Source of the DNA: Candidatus Bathyarchaeia archaeon
GTDB taxonomy: Archaea; Thermoproteota; Bathyarchaeia; Bathyarchaeales; Bathycorpusculaceae
Length of the DNA: 64,000 nucleotides
Reading direction: 5' to 3'
NCBI GenBank assembly: GCA_038727135.1
Contig: JAVYWL010000002.1
Coordinates: forward strand, 257,115 to 321,114
A program made the translations under genes and the position numbers. Below the pieces are notes generated by a model. The model ran no database searches. It saw nothing but the letters and a program-made list of their open reading frames with translations, and was not told the DNA's origin. Each line of letters opens with the position of its first letter. Positions within the stretch are counted from its first letter, which is position 1. Shown here piece by piece: positions 1-11,016 of the stretch.

Positions 1-185
1 CTTTCTTATGGACTTGTGGCTTAGCAGCGTCTGAATAACAAGGTTTTGCTCTATCATTTATGCACGTTCCTTTTCGACTCTTGATTAATGGTTGTCAAAG
101 GGGATATAGTTTTCCAAAGAGTGGCTGCATATATCTAAATACTGACTGCGCCTACATATTCCAGCAGACTGGAAGGTGTTTAGTT

Positions 186-1754
186 ATGGTTGAGATTAGG
201 GAGCCAACTGTTGAGGAGAAGATTAGACGCTTAAGGGAAATGCGGGAGCAAGCCAAACTCGGCGGCGGACTAAAACGAATCGAGGAGCAGCACGCTAAGG
301 GTAAGCTGACTGCAAGAGAACGCATAGACCTCCTCCTAGACCCGGGAAGCTTCAACGAGCTTGACCAGTTTGTGGTTCACCAGTGCACGGACTTCGGCAT
401 GGCAGAACGCAAATATTTGGGCGACGGCGTCGTAACGGGCTACGGAACAATAGACGGAAGACTAGTCTTTGTCTTCTCGCAAGATTTTACAGTTTTTGGC
501 GGCTCATTGGGTGAAATGTTCGCAAGGAAAGTCTGCAAACTTATGGACTTAGCGATGAAAACAGGCGCGCCGGTCATAGGCTTAAACGATTCAGGTGGGG
601 CGCGCATACAAGAGGGTGTTGCAAGCCTTGCGGGTTATGGCGACATATTCTTCCGCAACGTGATGGCTTCCGGCGTCATACCACAAATATCAGCCATTAT
701 GGGACCATGCGCAGGCGGCGCCGTCTACTCGCCAGCCCTAACAGACTTCATTATAATGGTGGACAAGACAAGCTACATGTTCATAACCGGTCCAGATGTT
801 GTCAGAACAGTTCTTGGACAAGAAGTTACCTTTGAAGAGCTTGGCGGAGCCATGGTGCATAGCCAAACCAGCGGCGTAGCCCACTTCATAGCCAAGGACG
901 AGGAACACTGCATCCAAATAATTAAGAGGCTTCTGAGTTATTTGCCCAGCAACTACCTTGAAGACCCGCCCTATGTGGAGACCGGCGACGACCCAAACCG
1001 CACAGACGAGGAGCTAGCCCGCATAATGCCAGACGACCCAGACAAGCCCTACGACGTTAAAGAAATAATCCATCGAGTGGTTGACAACAGCGAATTCTTT
1101 GAAGTTCAGTCCTTATGGGCGCCAAACATAGTCATAGGCTTCGCAAGGCTTAATGGCCATGTGATTGGAATAGTGGCAAACCAGCCCGCCTACTACGCTG
1201 GGGCGCTTGACATAAACTCGTCAGTTAAAGCCGGGAGATTTGTTCGCTTCTGCGACTGCTTCAACATACCAATAATAACCTTCGTGGATGTGCCGGGCTT
1301 CTTACCAGGCATAGAGCAGGAACACGGCGGAATAATACGCCACGGCTCGAAACTGTTGTACGCTTACTGTGAAGCCACAGTCCCAAAAATAACAGTTATA
1401 CTTCGCAAGGCTTATGGCGGAGCCTACGACGTCATGGGAAGCAAACATTCCGGCGGAGACATAAATTATGCCTGGCCAACAGCCGAAATAGCCGTCATGG
1501 GACCGCAAGGAGCCATAAACATAATCTTCCGGAAGGAAATCGCCGAAGCCCCAGACCCGGAGCAGAAGCGTTTGGAGCTTGTTAGTGATTACCGGCGGAA
1601 GTTTGCCAACCCTTATGTGGCGGCGCAGAAAGGCTACATTGATGAGGTTATAGAGCCGGCTGAAACAAGGCCGAAGCTTATTAGTGCTCTTGAAATGCTT
1701 ATGACAAAACGCGAGGCTAGGCCGCCCAAAAAGCATGCAAACATCCCGTTGTAA
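186..1754 (+). CDS. Acyl-CoA (methylmalonyl/propionyl-CoA) carboxyltransferase subunit, PccB/MmdA/transcarboxylase 12S family
   Basis: [44 protein letters not shown] and KKHANIPL C-terminus; start moved to ATG 186 (MVEIREP). Confidence 0.95.
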   Translation: MVEIREPTVEEKIRRLREMREQAKLGGGLKRIEEQHAKGKLTARERIDLLLDPGSFNELDQFVVHQCTDFGMAERKYLGDGVVTGYGTIDGRLVFVFSQDFTVFGGSLGEMFARKVCKLMDLAMKTGAPVIGLNDSGGARIQEGVASLAGYGDIFFRNVMASGVIPQISAIMGPCAGGAVYSPALTDFIIMVDKTSYMFITGPDVVRTVLGQEVTFEELGGAMVHSQTSGVAHFIAKDEEHCIQIIKRLLSYLPSNYLEDPPYVETGDDPNRTDEELARIMPDDPDKPYDVKEIIHRVVDNSEFFEVQSLWAPNIVIGFARLNGHVIGIVANQPAYYAGALDINSSVKAGRFVRFCDCFNIPIITFVDVPGFLPGIEQEHGGIIRHGSKLLYAYCEATVPKITVILRKAYGGAYDVMGSKHSGGDINYAWPTAEIAVMGPQGAINIIFRKEIAEAPDPEQKRLELVSDYRRKFANPYVAAQKGYIDEVIEPAETRPKLISALEMLMTKREARPPKKHANIPL

Positions 1755-1764
1755 GTGTTGTAAG

Positions 1765-2604
1765 ATGGGAGAGCAGCCAGTAAAAAGTGGAATCCCTCCA
1801 ATAACAAAGAGCAGACTAGTGGCTGACTTGAAAAGGCTGGGAGTGGCTTCTGGAGACACGTTAATGCTTCATGCCTCTGTTAAGGCTGTGGGGTGGGTTG
1901 TGGGCGGTCCGGACGTTGTCATCCAAGCCCTGTTGGAAGTTCTATGTGAGGAGGGAACTTTGATGATATATGTTGGCTGGGAAGACCCCCCTTGGGAAGC
2001 ACCATACGTGTTCAAAGAATGGCCAGAGGAGTGGCAAAGGGCATACCTAGAGGAGTTTCCTCCCTTTAACCCAGCCACTTCTAGGGCTCATAGAAGATGG
2101 AGCATACTAACTGAATATTTGCGCACATGGCCGGGCGCTTACAGAAGTGGCAATCCAGAGGCTTCATGTGTGGCTGTCGGAGCAAAGGCAAAGTGGCTCA
2201 CGGAAAAACATCCACTCCAATATGGTTACGGGCCGGGTTCGCCATTCGCCAAGCTATGCGAGGCTAAGGGCAAGGTTCTACTTCTCGGGGCGCCTTTCGG
2301 CTCGATTACGCTTTTGCATTACGCGGAGCACTTGGCCAAAGTGCCTAACAAACTGGTCATACGCTACAAAGTGCCAATTTTGCAAGAAGGCAAAAGAGTT
2401 TGGGTTGAAATTGAGGAATTTGACACTTGTGGGCATGTTCTGCCGAACGCGCGTGAATATTTTGAGGCTATACCAAGGGAATATTTCGCCTCTGGCAGAG
2501 GACTCATCGGAAAGGTTGGAGAGGCTCAATCTTACCTTTTCGACGCCGCAGACTTTGTCGAATTCGCTGTGCGATGGCTTGAAAGGAAATACGGATGCAA
2601 ATAA
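1765..2604 (+). CDS. Aminoglycoside 3-N-acetyltransferase (AAC(3)/YokD) family protein
   Basis: LGVASGDTLMLHAS, ILTEYLRTWPGAYRS, GPGSPF, TLLHYAE motifs; start uncertain (1735 or 1765). Confidence 0.85.
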   Translation: MGEQPVKSGIPPITKSRLVADLKRLGVASGDTLMLHASVKAVGWVVGGPDVVIQALLEVLCEEGTLMIYVGWEDPPWEAPYVFKEWPEEWQRAYLEEFPPFNPATSRAHRRWSILTEYLRTWPGAYRSGNPEASCVAVGAKAKWLTEKHPLQYGYGPGSPFAKLCEAKGKVLLLGAPFGSITLLHYAEHLAKVPNKLVIRYKVPILQEGKRVWVEIEEFDTCGHVLPNAREYFEAIPREYFASGRGLIGKVGEAQSYLFDAADFVEFAVRWLERKYGCK

Positions 2605-2675
2605 TCCGCGAAACAGACCATTACAGATTAATAGCGGCTTAACCATTCTTCAAAATCCTCAAGAGGCAACGGTTT

Positions 2676-4220
2676 ATGGCATCGAAACCCGTTAAGATTA
2701 CAGACACTACGTTTCGAGACGCTCATCAGTCGTTGATGGCGACTAGGATGCGCACTGAATCAATGCTTCCCATAGCCGAGAAAATGGACAGTGTTGGCTT
2801 TTTCTCCATGGAGGTTTGGGGAGGCGCCACCTTCGACGTCTGCATACGCTATTTGGCTGAAGACCCTTGGGAGAGAATCCGCCAGCTTAAGAGGCATATT
2901 AGGCGTACGCCGTTGCAGATGCTTTTGAGGGGGCAGAACATTGTTGGTTACCGGAACTATCCGGATGATGTTGTCATAAAATTCGTTGAGAAAGCCGCTG
3001 AAAACGGCATAGACATATTCCGAGTTTTTGACGCCTTAAACGATGTTCGCAACATGGAAGTAGCCATAAAAACCGTCAAAAAAGTGGGCAAACACGCGCA
3101 GGGCACTATATGCTACACCATAAGCCCAGTCCACACAATAGACTATTACGTGAATGTCGCCAAGAAGCTAGCTGAGCTTAATTGCGACTCCGTATGCATA
3201 AAGGACATGGCTGGAATGCTAGCGCCCCAACCAGCCTACGAACTAATAACAGCCCTCAAAAAAGAGGTGGGCTTGCCAGTGCACCTGCATTGCCACTGCA
3301 CCAGCGGGATGGCTATGATGACATATCTGCGGGCATGCGAAGCCGGAGTAGACATAATAGACACCGCTTTCTCACCATTGGCGTGGGGCACATCCCAGCC
3401 GCCAGTAGAATCCGTAGTGGCTGCTCTGAAGGGTACGCCTTACGACCCAGGACTTGACATGGAACTTCTCCAAGAGATTGCAGAATACTTCAGGGAACTT
3501 AGAGAAAAATACTATGACCCGTTGGGGCTCATAGACCCCAAAGCCGAAAAGGTCGACCCATCCATAATGGTTCACCAAATTCCCGGCGGAATGTTCTCCA
3601 ACCTTCTCGAACAGTTAAGGGAGCAGAACGCTGTCCATAGGCTTAAGGAGGTTCTAGAAGAGGTTCCAAGAGTTCGAAAAGAGCTTGGCTACCCGCCGCT
3701 GGTAACACCTACAAGCCAGCTTGTGGGCATCCAAGCTGTTCTTAATGTTTTGTCTGGAAAACGTTACAGCATAGTGCCAAAGGAAATAAAAGACTATGTT
3801 AAGGGGTTTTATGGACGCCCACCAGCCCCAATAGACGAGGAAGTTAAGCGACTGATTATTGGCGATGAGGAGCCAATAACATGTCGTCCAGCAGACCTTC
3901 TTGAACCAGCCCTGGATAAGATTCCGGAGGATGTTAAACCCTACATTGAAAGCGAGGAGGACATGCTCACATACGCCTTGTTTCCAGCTATAGCCCCAGA
4001 ATTCTTCAAGAAAAGGAAAGCCAAAAGAGAAGAAGCGAAAACAAGTATACCGCCTGAACGAATGGCAGAGCTTGAACAGGTGGCAGCCGTATCTGCGGCA
4101 ATTGCCACTTACATGGCAAGTTTAAGCGAGGTGAAAGCCCTAACCCTCCAAAGGGCTAGGCGTGGAGTTTCGCCGTGGGTTCTTGCCGGAAGACAAAGCC
4201 TAGCCGAGCATGGTGTTTAA
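2676..4220 (+). CDS. Pyruvate/oxaloacetate carboxyltransferase (PycB/OadA/transcarboxylase 5S family), no biotinyl domain
   Basis: RDAHQSLMATRM, EVWGGATFD, QMLLRGQN, IKDMAG, HCH, PGGMFSNL, LVTPTSQ. Confidence 0.93.
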   Translation: MASKPVKITDTTFRDAHQSLMATRMRTESMLPIAEKMDSVGFFSMEVWGGATFDVCIRYLAEDPWERIRQLKRHIRRTPLQMLLRGQNIVGYRNYPDDVVIKFVEKAAENGIDIFRVFDALNDVRNMEVAIKTVKKVGKHAQGTICYTISPVHTIDYYVNVAKKLAELNCDSVCIKDMAGMLAPQPAYELITALKKEVGLPVHLHCHCTSGMAMMTYLRACEAGVDIIDTAFSPLAWGTSQPPVESVVAALKGTPYDPGLDMELLQEIAEYFRELREKYYDPLGLIDPKAEKVDPSIMVHQIPGGMFSNLLEQLREQNAVHRLKEVLEEVPRVRKELGYPPLVTPTSQLVGIQAVLNVLSGKRYSIVPKEIKDYVKGFYGRPPAPIDEEVKRLIIGDEEPITCRPADLLEPALDKIPEDVKPYIESEEDMLTYALFPAIAPEFFKKRKAKREEAKTSIPPERMAELEQVAAVSAAIATYMASLSEVKALTLQRARRGVSPWVLAGRQSLAEHGV

Positions 4221-4782
4221 AATGCCAACCTACGAAATTTTCATAAACGGAAAACCATGGCGAATCGAAGTTTCAAAAATTAACGAAAAAACCTTCACAG
4301 TCAAGCTTGGAGAAAAATCCTTCAACGTTGAAGTTCCGGAAGGCAAGCTTCAGCCCGAAAAACAACTTCAATTAAAAATTGGCAATAAGGCATATGCGGT
4401 GACTTTGCAGGAAATTAGCAAAACAAAGCCCTTCACGGTTAAGGTTGAAGGGGCATCCTTTAAAGCGGAGCTGAAAACGCCCACTTTGGCGCGGTTGTCT
4501 GTTCCGTCAGCCATGGAACAAGCCCTCCAAGCGCCGACGCTAAGGGTGCCGAAGCCAAAACAAGTGGTTTCTGGAACTGTTACGGCGCCCATGACTGGAA
4601 AAATAATATCCATAAAGGTTGGGAAGGGCGAACAAGTTAAGGCTGGACAAGTATTGTGCATTTTGGAAGCCATGAAAATGGAAAACGAGATTACGGCGCC
4701 TGTGGCTGGAACAGTCCGCGAGATTCTAGTTTCAGAGGGCGTCTCCGTGAATGAGGGCGACCCCTTATTTGTTATTGGCTAA
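4210..4782 (+). CDS. Biotin carboxyl carrier protein
   Basis: APMTG...LEAMKMENEI biotinylation motif. Confidence 0.93.
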   Translation: MVFKMPTYEIFINGKPWRIEVSKINEKTFTVKLGEKSFNVEVPEGKLQPEKQLQLKIGNKAYAVTLQEISKTKPFTVKVEGASFKAELKTPTLARLSVPSAMEQALQAPTLRVPKPKQVVSGTVTAPMTGKIISIKVGKGEQVKAGQVLCILEAMKMENEITAPVAGTVREILVSEGVSVNEGDPLFVIG

Positions 4783-4784
4783 GG

Positions 4785-6464
4785 CTAGAATATGGATGGA
4801 GGCTTGTACTCTCCGAAAACTTGGCGGAGGGTGTCGCATATCTCGCCTAGGGTGGCGTATTCCTTGACGGCTTGAATTATGAAGGGCATAAGGTTTACAT
4901 TTTCCTTCTCTGCTGCTTTTCGCAAACTGTCTAGGGCTTCCCTGACTTTGGCATTGTTTCTTTGGCTTTTCACCTCTTGCAAGCGTTTAATCAGCGTTTT
5001 CTCGATTTCAGGGTCTATTCGCAAAATTTTGATTGGAGTTTTCTCCTCGCTTACGAACTCATTGACGCCGACCACTATGCGCTCTTTGCTTTCCACCTCC
5101 TTCTGATAGCGGTAGGCGCTTTCCATTATTTCCCTTTGCATGAAGCCCTTCTCTATGGCGGCGACAGCCCCGCCCATCTCGTCTATCTGCTCAATGTATT
5201 TTGTGGCTTTCTCCTCAATCTGGCTTGTCAAGTACTCCACGTAATAGGAGCCGCCAAGCGGGTCTATAGTGTCTGCAACACCGCTTTCGTAGGCTATTAT
5301 TTGCTGGGTTCTAAGCGCTATGGTTACGGCTTGTTCGCTGGGCAAGGCGTAAGCCTCATCAAAAGAGTTTGTGTGCAGCGACTGGGTTCCACCTAAAACT
5401 GCTGCCAAGGCTTGAATGGTTACGCGGATAATATTGTTTAGAGGCTGCTGGGCTGTAAGCGAAACCCCAGAAGTCTGCGTGTGAAAGCGCAGCATCCAAG
5501 AGGTCGGGTTTTTGGCACCGAAACGTTCCCTCATTATTTTAGCCCACAAACGCCTAGCAGCCCTAAACTTGGCAACCTCCTCAAACAAGTTGTTGTGCGC
5601 CGCAAAGAAAAACGAGAGCCTACCAGCGAATTTGTCAACGTCTAAACCTCTGTCTATGGCGGCTTGCACATAGGCTATGGCATTGGCAAATGTGAAGGCT
5701 ATTTCTTGAACCGCCGTGGCTCCAGCCTCTCGGATGTGGTAGCCGCTTATGCTTATGGTGTTCCACTTTGGCACGTTTTTGGCGCAATATTCGAAAATGT
5801 CTGTGACTAGGCGCATGGAAGGCTTAGGTGGAAAGATATACATGCCTCTGGCAACATACTCCTTCAAAATGTCATTCTGCACAGTGCCATCAAGCACGCT
5901 CTGCGGAACACCATGCTTCTCGCCCACAACAATATACATGGCGAGCAGAACCGCCGCCGGCGCATTAATAGTCATAGAAGTTGTAATTTTGTCCAAGGGT
6001 ATGCCGTCAAAAACTATTTCCATATCCCGCAAAGTGCTAACGCTCACGCCAGCCTTGCCAACTTCGCCCCTCGCCATAGGATGGTCGCAATCATAACCCA
6101 CCTGCGTTGGAAAGTCAAAAGCCACGCTTAATCCGGTCTGACCTTGGCTTAACAAGTATTTGAAGCGCTGGTTTGTCTGCTCAGCGGTGCCAAAGCCGGC
6201 ATACTGCCTCATAGTCCAAAAACGAGCTCTATACATGGTTGGATAAACGCCACGCGTGAAGGGATACTCGCCAGGAAAACCTAAATCTCCAAAATAGTCT
6301 AGATTGGCGATGTCTGCTGGTGTGTAGAGGCGGCTTACTGGTATATCAGAGCTTGTTAAAAACTCGCCCCGCTCCGGAAGTCTCTCAAGGCTTTTAGCGA
6401 CAGTCTCCCTTTCCCAGCGCTCCCTTTCACGCCTAACCCTTTCCAGCATTCCCATGTCAAACAA
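4785..6464 (-). CDS. Methylmalonyl-CoA mutase, large (substrate-binding) subunit
   Basis: [39 protein letters not shown]; lacks the B12-binding domain. Confidence 0.95.
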   Translation of the reverse strand: MFDMGMLERVRRERERWERETVAKSLERLPERGEFLTSSDIPVSRLYTPADIANLDYFGDLGFPGEYPFTRGVYPTMYRARFWTMRQYAGFGTAEQTNQRFKYLLSQGQTGLSVAFDFPTQVGYDCDHPMARGEVGKAGVSVSTLRDMEIVFDGIPLDKITTSMTINAPAAVLLAMYIVVGEKHGVPQSVLDGTVQNDILKEYVARGMYIFPPKPSMRLVTDIFEYCAKNVPKWNTISISGYHIREAGATAVQEIAFTFANAIAYVQAAIDRGLDVDKFAGRLSFFFAAHNNLFEEVAKFRAARRLWAKIMRERFGAKNPTSWMLRFHTQTSGVSLTAQQPLNNIIRVTIQALAAVLGGTQSLHTNSFDEAYALPSEQAVTIALRTQQIIAYESGVADTIDPLGGSYYVEYLTSQIEEKATKYIEQIDEMGGAVAAIEKGFMQREIMESAYRYQKEVESKERIVVGVNEFVSEEKTPIKILRIDPEIEKTLIKRLQEVKSQRNNAKVREALDSLRKAAEKENVNLMPFIIQAVKEYATLGEICDTLRQVFGEYKPPSIF

Positions 6465-6583
6465 GTCGGATACACCAAAACTACATTGACTTAAAGCATA
6501 TAAATGGTTACTTCGGAAAGCTTACAAGAAACAAATATAAGAAAATCTATATTCATTTAATCTTGAAGGCAGGGCCAGCGAAA

Positions 6584-6877
6584 TTGAGGGTTAAAGTCGA
6601 ATACATCGGGCATATCAAAGAGATAATCCGAAGCGGTAGAGAGGAAGAGCTAGAAATCTCTGAGGGCGCCTCCCTTGCAGATTTACTTTCCATGCTTGCC
6701 GAGAAATATGGCGAGCCCTTCCGCAAAGCCGTCTACGAACCCGGCGGCTCAGATGTGAAACAAAGCTTCATAATAACGGTTAACGGCTACTTGCTAAACC
6801 AGCTCAGCAGCGGCGTGGAAACAAAACTCAAACATGGAGACCACGTAATTTTAATGTCCATAGTGAGCGGCGGCTAA
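6584..6877 (+). CDS. MoaD/ThiS/SAMP ubiquitin-like protein
   Basis: About 97 aa beta-grasp pattern ending VSGG. Confidence 0.85.
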   Translation: MRVKVEYIGHIKEIIRSGREEELEISEGASLADLLSMLAEKYGEPFRKAVYEPGGSDVKQSFIITVNGYLLNQLSSGVETKLKHGDHVILMSIVSGG

Positions 6878-6946
6878 AACATTTCGATTTTTTAAATTTC
6901 AGAACATTTTATAAGCTAAACAAGAAGCACATATTCTCTTCAAAAG

Positions 6947-8032
6947 GTGACATGCTTGAAAAGGATAGACGCCTTAAAAAAGAAAGCCTTCGAAGAAAAA
7001 GGTTTTGACGGTTTCTTAATAACAAACGAGGCTAACATGCTTTATTTTGCCGGTTTCCCCGGAGCCACATGCATCCTATTCCCCAAAAATGGCGAAAACA
7101 TGCTCTATGTTTACGGCGTCAACTATGAGCAGGCAAAGGCCGAAGGTAAAGGTTTCACAGTTGAGCTTGTTAAACGCGACGAAAACTTAGCGGCGAAGGT
7201 TGCCGCAAAAATAAAGGATTTAGGCATAAAAAAGCTAGCCTTCGACACATTAACCTATGAAAACTATCGCGGTCTGGCAAAGTTTCTACGGGGCAAGGCC
7301 AAGCTTAAGCCCCAAGGCAAGCTTGTCTGGGAACTCCGCAAGGTGAAGACTACTGAAGAGATTGAGCTGATGCGTAAAGCGGGCGAACTCACATGTGAAG
7401 GAATGAGGACAGCTTATGAGGTTATAAGGCCCGGCATCCGCGAGTATGAGGCTGCAGCCGAAATAGAATACGCCATGAGAAAGAAGGGCTCATGGGGAAC
7501 AGCCTTCGACACCATAGTGGCTTCCGGCGTGCGCTCCGCCTACCCCCATGGAGGCTGCACAGACAAGATAATCCGCGAAGGCGACCTAGTTGTAGTGGAC
7601 ATCGGCGCTTCTTACCGCTATTATCGCTCAGACATGACAAGAACACTGGTGGCCGGAAAACCATCAGAAAAACAGAAACGCCTCTACGAAATCGTAAAAA
7701 CAGCCCAGCAGAAAGCAGTCCAAACCATAAAAGCGAAGGCAAAAGCAAAAAACATAGACACAATAGCAAGGAAAGTCATTGAGGAGGCCGGATACGGCGA
7801 ACACTTCGTCCACAGCCTAGGCCACGGCGTAGGCTTAGAAGTGCATGAACCTCCAGTCCTTGGGCAACAGAGCAAAGACAAACTGGCAGCAGGCAATGTG
7901 GTGACAATTGAACCCGGTATATACTTTGTTGGCTTCGGAGGCATCCGAATAGAAGACACTGTACTCGTAAAGGATCAATGCGGAGAAAAATTAACTGATG
8001 GATTGTACGCTCTTACCCTCAACATGTCATAA
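6947..8032 (+). CDS. Xaa-Pro aminopeptidase/prolidase (M24B)
   Basis: DIGA..SDMTRT, HSLGHGVGLEVHEPP, TIEPGIY, GIRIED. Confidence 0.93.
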   Translation: MTCLKRIDALKKKAFEEKGFDGFLITNEANMLYFAGFPGATCILFPKNGENMLYVYGVNYEQAKAEGKGFTVELVKRDENLAAKVAAKIKDLGIKKLAFDTLTYENYRGLAKFLRGKAKLKPQGKLVWELRKVKTTEEIELMRKAGELTCEGMRTAYEVIRPGIREYEAAAEIEYAMRKKGSWGTAFDTIVASGVRSAYPHGGCTDKIIREGDLVVVDIGASYRYYRSDMTRTLVAGKPSEKQKRLYEIVKTAQQKAVQTIKAKAKAKNIDTIARKVIEEAGYGEHFVHSLGHGVGLEVHEPPVLGQQSKDKLAAGNVVTIEPGIYFVGFGGIRIEDTVLVKDQCGEKLTDGLYALTLNMS

Positions 8033-8066
8033 AAATGTTGTGTTGTAAAGGCGATTAAAGCGGATG

Positions 8067-8459
8067 CTACTGATTTACCTTGCTCGGAATGACCTCTAAA
8101 ACCTTGAGGATCTCCGCCGCGTCTTCGTACTTTCTACCATCAATTATGACAGTTGGCGTCTTCTTAACCCCTTTCTTCAAAGCCTTTAATTTGTCGGTTA
8201 AATGTGAAACGTCATAAACCAGCAATACATCGTTGGTTCCTTTAACTATTCGCAAAGCCTTCTCCAGAACCATGTAGTCTTCTTGCTGCAGTATGCGTCC
8301 TTTAAATTTGGATTCCAAATCACGGTAAGCCCAGTTAACCATTTCAGGCCCGCAATACATGTGCTGTGACATTTCTCTGTAAAAGCCTATGTCCACAGAT
8401 GGTGAAGCTGAGCGGACAAAAACCTCAATCAACATTTCTATCACCAATAATTTAATCAA
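8067..8459 (-). CDS. Hypothetical protein with thioredoxin-like C-terminus (TPTVIIDG)
   Basis: ORF with plausible composition; TP-hhhDG motif. Confidence 0.55.
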   Translation of the reverse strand: MIKLLVIEMLIEVFVRSASPSVDIGFYREMSQHMYCGPEMVNWAYRDLESKFKGRILQQEDYMVLEKALRIVKGTNDVLLVYDVSHLTDKLKALKKGVKKTPTVIIDGRKYEDAAEILKVLEVIPSKVNQ

Positions 8460-8491
8460 AAATTGAAATATTTAATTTTGCCAAACACTAT

Positions 8492-9271
8492 ATGCGAGGT
8501 GGGCTTCAAGATGGCGAGCTTTTTATAAGGTCGCTGCAGTACATATTGCCAGTTTACGCGGGCGCCATCATTCTTACTTTATTATTTGAACGAATAACAC
8601 ATTTTAAGCGTTGCCCGGTGGTTTTTGCCTCGACGCGTCGGGAATCTTTGCTTGGTATTTTCCTTTTTGTGTTCTCGATTGGCATAGGGGTCTCAATCAA
8701 AGTTGCCTTTTATACTTTTTTGGCAACTCTGTTTGAAGAACATGAGATGCCAAAATTTACCTGGTTACATTTGGCTGTTAGAATACTTATTTTAAGCGCG
8801 ACATTTATTCCCTTCGCTGTTGCTTTGCTAATAAGGCGTCAGAGTTTGATGACCATAGGCTTGTCGAGGCAAAACCTATTTTCTTCCACGCTTTTGGGCG
8901 TTTTGCTTGGCGGTATAAATATTCTATCCTACGCTATAGCTTTTAATAAACTAAACGTGATAGTTGGTGGGCTCCAGCTTTATCACCTCTACTATTTCAT
9001 TTATACGCTATGTATCGGCTTTACTGAAGAAGCCATTTTCAGGGGCTATTTACATTTGCGTTTCACAGCTTGGCTTGGTGCAAGTAGAGGTCTTGTTTTA
9101 ACAGCGCTACTGTTTGCCATTGGTCACATAGGCTCAACAATCCCCAACGTGATTTCGACATTTATTTTTGGCTTAATAACCGGATGGATCATGCAGAAAA
9201 GCCAAAATATTGTAGGATTGTCCATATGGCACGCTTTCCAAGATTGGGTCTGGGTATTATACTATGCCTAG
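8492..9271 (+). CDS. CPBP/Abi (type II CAAX) intramembrane metalloprotease
   Basis: EEAIFRGY, FAIGH, HAFQD motifs; multiple TM segments. Confidence 0.88.
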   Translation: MRGGLQDGELFIRSLQYILPVYAGAIILTLLFERITHFKRCPVVFASTRRESLLGIFLFVFSIGIGVSIKVAFYTFLATLFEEHEMPKFTWLHLAVRILILSATFIPFAVALLIRRQSLMTIGLSRQNLFSSTLLGVLLGGINILSYAIAFNKLNVIVGGLQLYHLYYFIYTLCIGFTEEAIFRGYLHLRFTAWLGASRGLVLTALLFAIGHIGSTIPNVISTFIFGLITGWIMQKSQNIVGLSIWHAFQDWVWVLYYA

Positions 9272-9337
9272 ATGTTATTTTACAAAATCTTTAGAAAGGG
9301 TAAATGATAAAACTATGAGTTGCAAGAGGTGTTAGGC

Positions 9338-9931
9338 ATGTCAGAGAGAATGTGTGTTATAATAATTGACATGCTTAACGATTTTGTTATTGGTGATCTG
9401 AAGTGTGAGAGAGCCCAACGCATAATTCCTAATCTTAAGAGACTTGTGGAGGCAGCTCGCAAGTATGGCGTTCCAGTCGTTTATAGTAATGATGCCCATT
9501 ATCCTAACGATTTTGAGGTTGTCCACCGTTGGGGCAAACATGCCATAAAAGGCACCAGGGGCGCCGAGGTTATTCCAGAACTTAAGCCCACGGAGAAGGA
9601 TTTTGTTGTGGAGAAGCGAACTTACAGCGGTTTTTACGAGACTGGTTTGGACCCGCTTTTAAGAAGCCTATACAATGGTGAGGGTGTAAAAACGGTTATT
9701 CTTGGCGGTTTGCACACTCACATTTGCGTGCGGCACACGGCTGCGGACGCCTTTTTCAGAGGCTACAAAATAATCGTGGCAAAGGACGGTGTGGAATCCT
9801 TCACACAAGAAGACCACGAACAGGGTTTAAAGTACTTGGAGTACGTTTACAACGCAAAAATAATGGCCGTCGACGAGATCATAAGCGAGATGGCGAAAAG
9901 CCGAAAACAGGGTAAAGGCCATGCAAAATAA
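9338..9931 (+). CDS. Isochorismatase/nicotinamidase-family cysteine hydrolase
   Basis: IIDMLNDF, EKRTYSGF, ICVRHTA (Asp-Lys-Cys triad). Confidence 0.9.
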   Translation: MSERMCVIIIDMLNDFVIGDLKCERAQRIIPNLKRLVEAARKYGVPVVYSNDAHYPNDFEVVHRWGKHAIKGTRGAEVIPELKPTEKDFVVEKRTYSGFYETGLDPLLRSLYNGEGVKTVILGGLHTHICVRHTAADAFFRGYKIIVAKDGVESFTQEDHEQGLKYLEYVYNAKIMAVDEIISEMAKSRKQGKGHAK

Positions 9932-10721
9932 ACTGAAAATTGAGAACCTTCAAGACTCAAACATAGACGACGTCATTTATGTCTGTTCTTCCAAGGGGCT
10001 CGGCGACCCTGTTCATCAAGAGGGTGTTAGGCTTAAGAGGCTTTGGCTTAAGGAAATGCTTGACAATTATGGTTCTTGTGCAAAAGTCGCCTACCACGAT
10101 GATAAGCCGGCAGCTCAAATCCTCTACTATCCAGAAGAGGCTGACAAAGCAAAGGCGCTTAGGCGTGAAGGCGTCCTCGTCATAAACTGCATTTACAACC
10201 CGACATCGGAAGCACGGAGGCTAGGACTGGGCAAGTTGTTGCAAGGCGTTATTAAGGATGTCAAGGAGAGAAAATCATGTCTTGGCGATAAACAATGTAA
10301 GTTTATTTTGGCAAACGCCTTCAACACTGGCGAGTTCCTCCCAATGCCCGATTTTTACAGGAAATATGGTTTTATCCTGACCGGCGAAGGGAACGCGATG
10401 TATCTTCAAATAGAGGGCGAATACGAGCCAGCCCCCAAGATGAAATATGAACCGTTGGAGGAGGATGCTGATAAAGCAATAATATTCTACGGTCAAAAGT
10501 GTCAGTTTTCCTATCCGTTTGCGAAAAAGATTGAGGCTATGATTAGAGAAACTTTGCCTAACATAAAAATCGAGATGATAAATGAGTGGGAGAAGCCTGA
10601 AGAATCTACAAAGCGGGGAAACTGGTGGCTTGTTGTAAACGCCAAGCCAATCCACACCTTCTTCATGGATACGGAAAGGTTTAAGGCTGAAATTAGGCAG
10701 GCGGCATATGGGACGCTTTAA
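9921..10721 (+). CDS. GNAT-like protein (YoaP-type C-terminus)
   Basis: Layout resembles YoaP-family acetyltransferases (INCIY, RRLGLGK, FYRKYGF). Confidence 0.6.
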   Translation: MQNKLKIENLQDSNIDDVIYVCSSKGLGDPVHQEGVRLKRLWLKEMLDNYGSCAKVAYHDDKPAAQILYYPEEADKAKALRREGVLVINCIYNPTSEARRLGLGKLLQGVIKDVKERKSCLGDKQCKFILANAFNTGEFLPMPDFYRKYGFILTGEGNAMYLQIEGEYEPAPKMKYEPLEEDADKAIIFYGQKCQFSYPFAKKIEAMIRETLPNIKIEMINEWEKPEESTKRGNWWLVVNAKPIHTFFMDTERFKAEIRQAAYGTL

Positions 10722-11016
10722 TGGGGTTAGGTTTAATTAGAAATGGAAGGAAAAGTTTAAAAGCAACATCAGCGATACGCATGGAAGGATGATGGGGAGA
10801 ATGATGGGGTTCTGATTTTCTCCCTTCTCTCCTTTCTCCCCTCTAAAAAGGCTCCACCATTCTCCCCGGAAATTTAGCACATTTTAGCCTCTTATAGCTT
10901 ATGGAAGAATCTTCTATTCGCACCTCAGCTGCCGAAAGCATCGTGTGGAGAGCAAAATTTAAAGCTGAAGCCTTTTCAAATGAGAGTTTGCCCCTAGTAG
11001 GCTGGTGGTGTTGATT

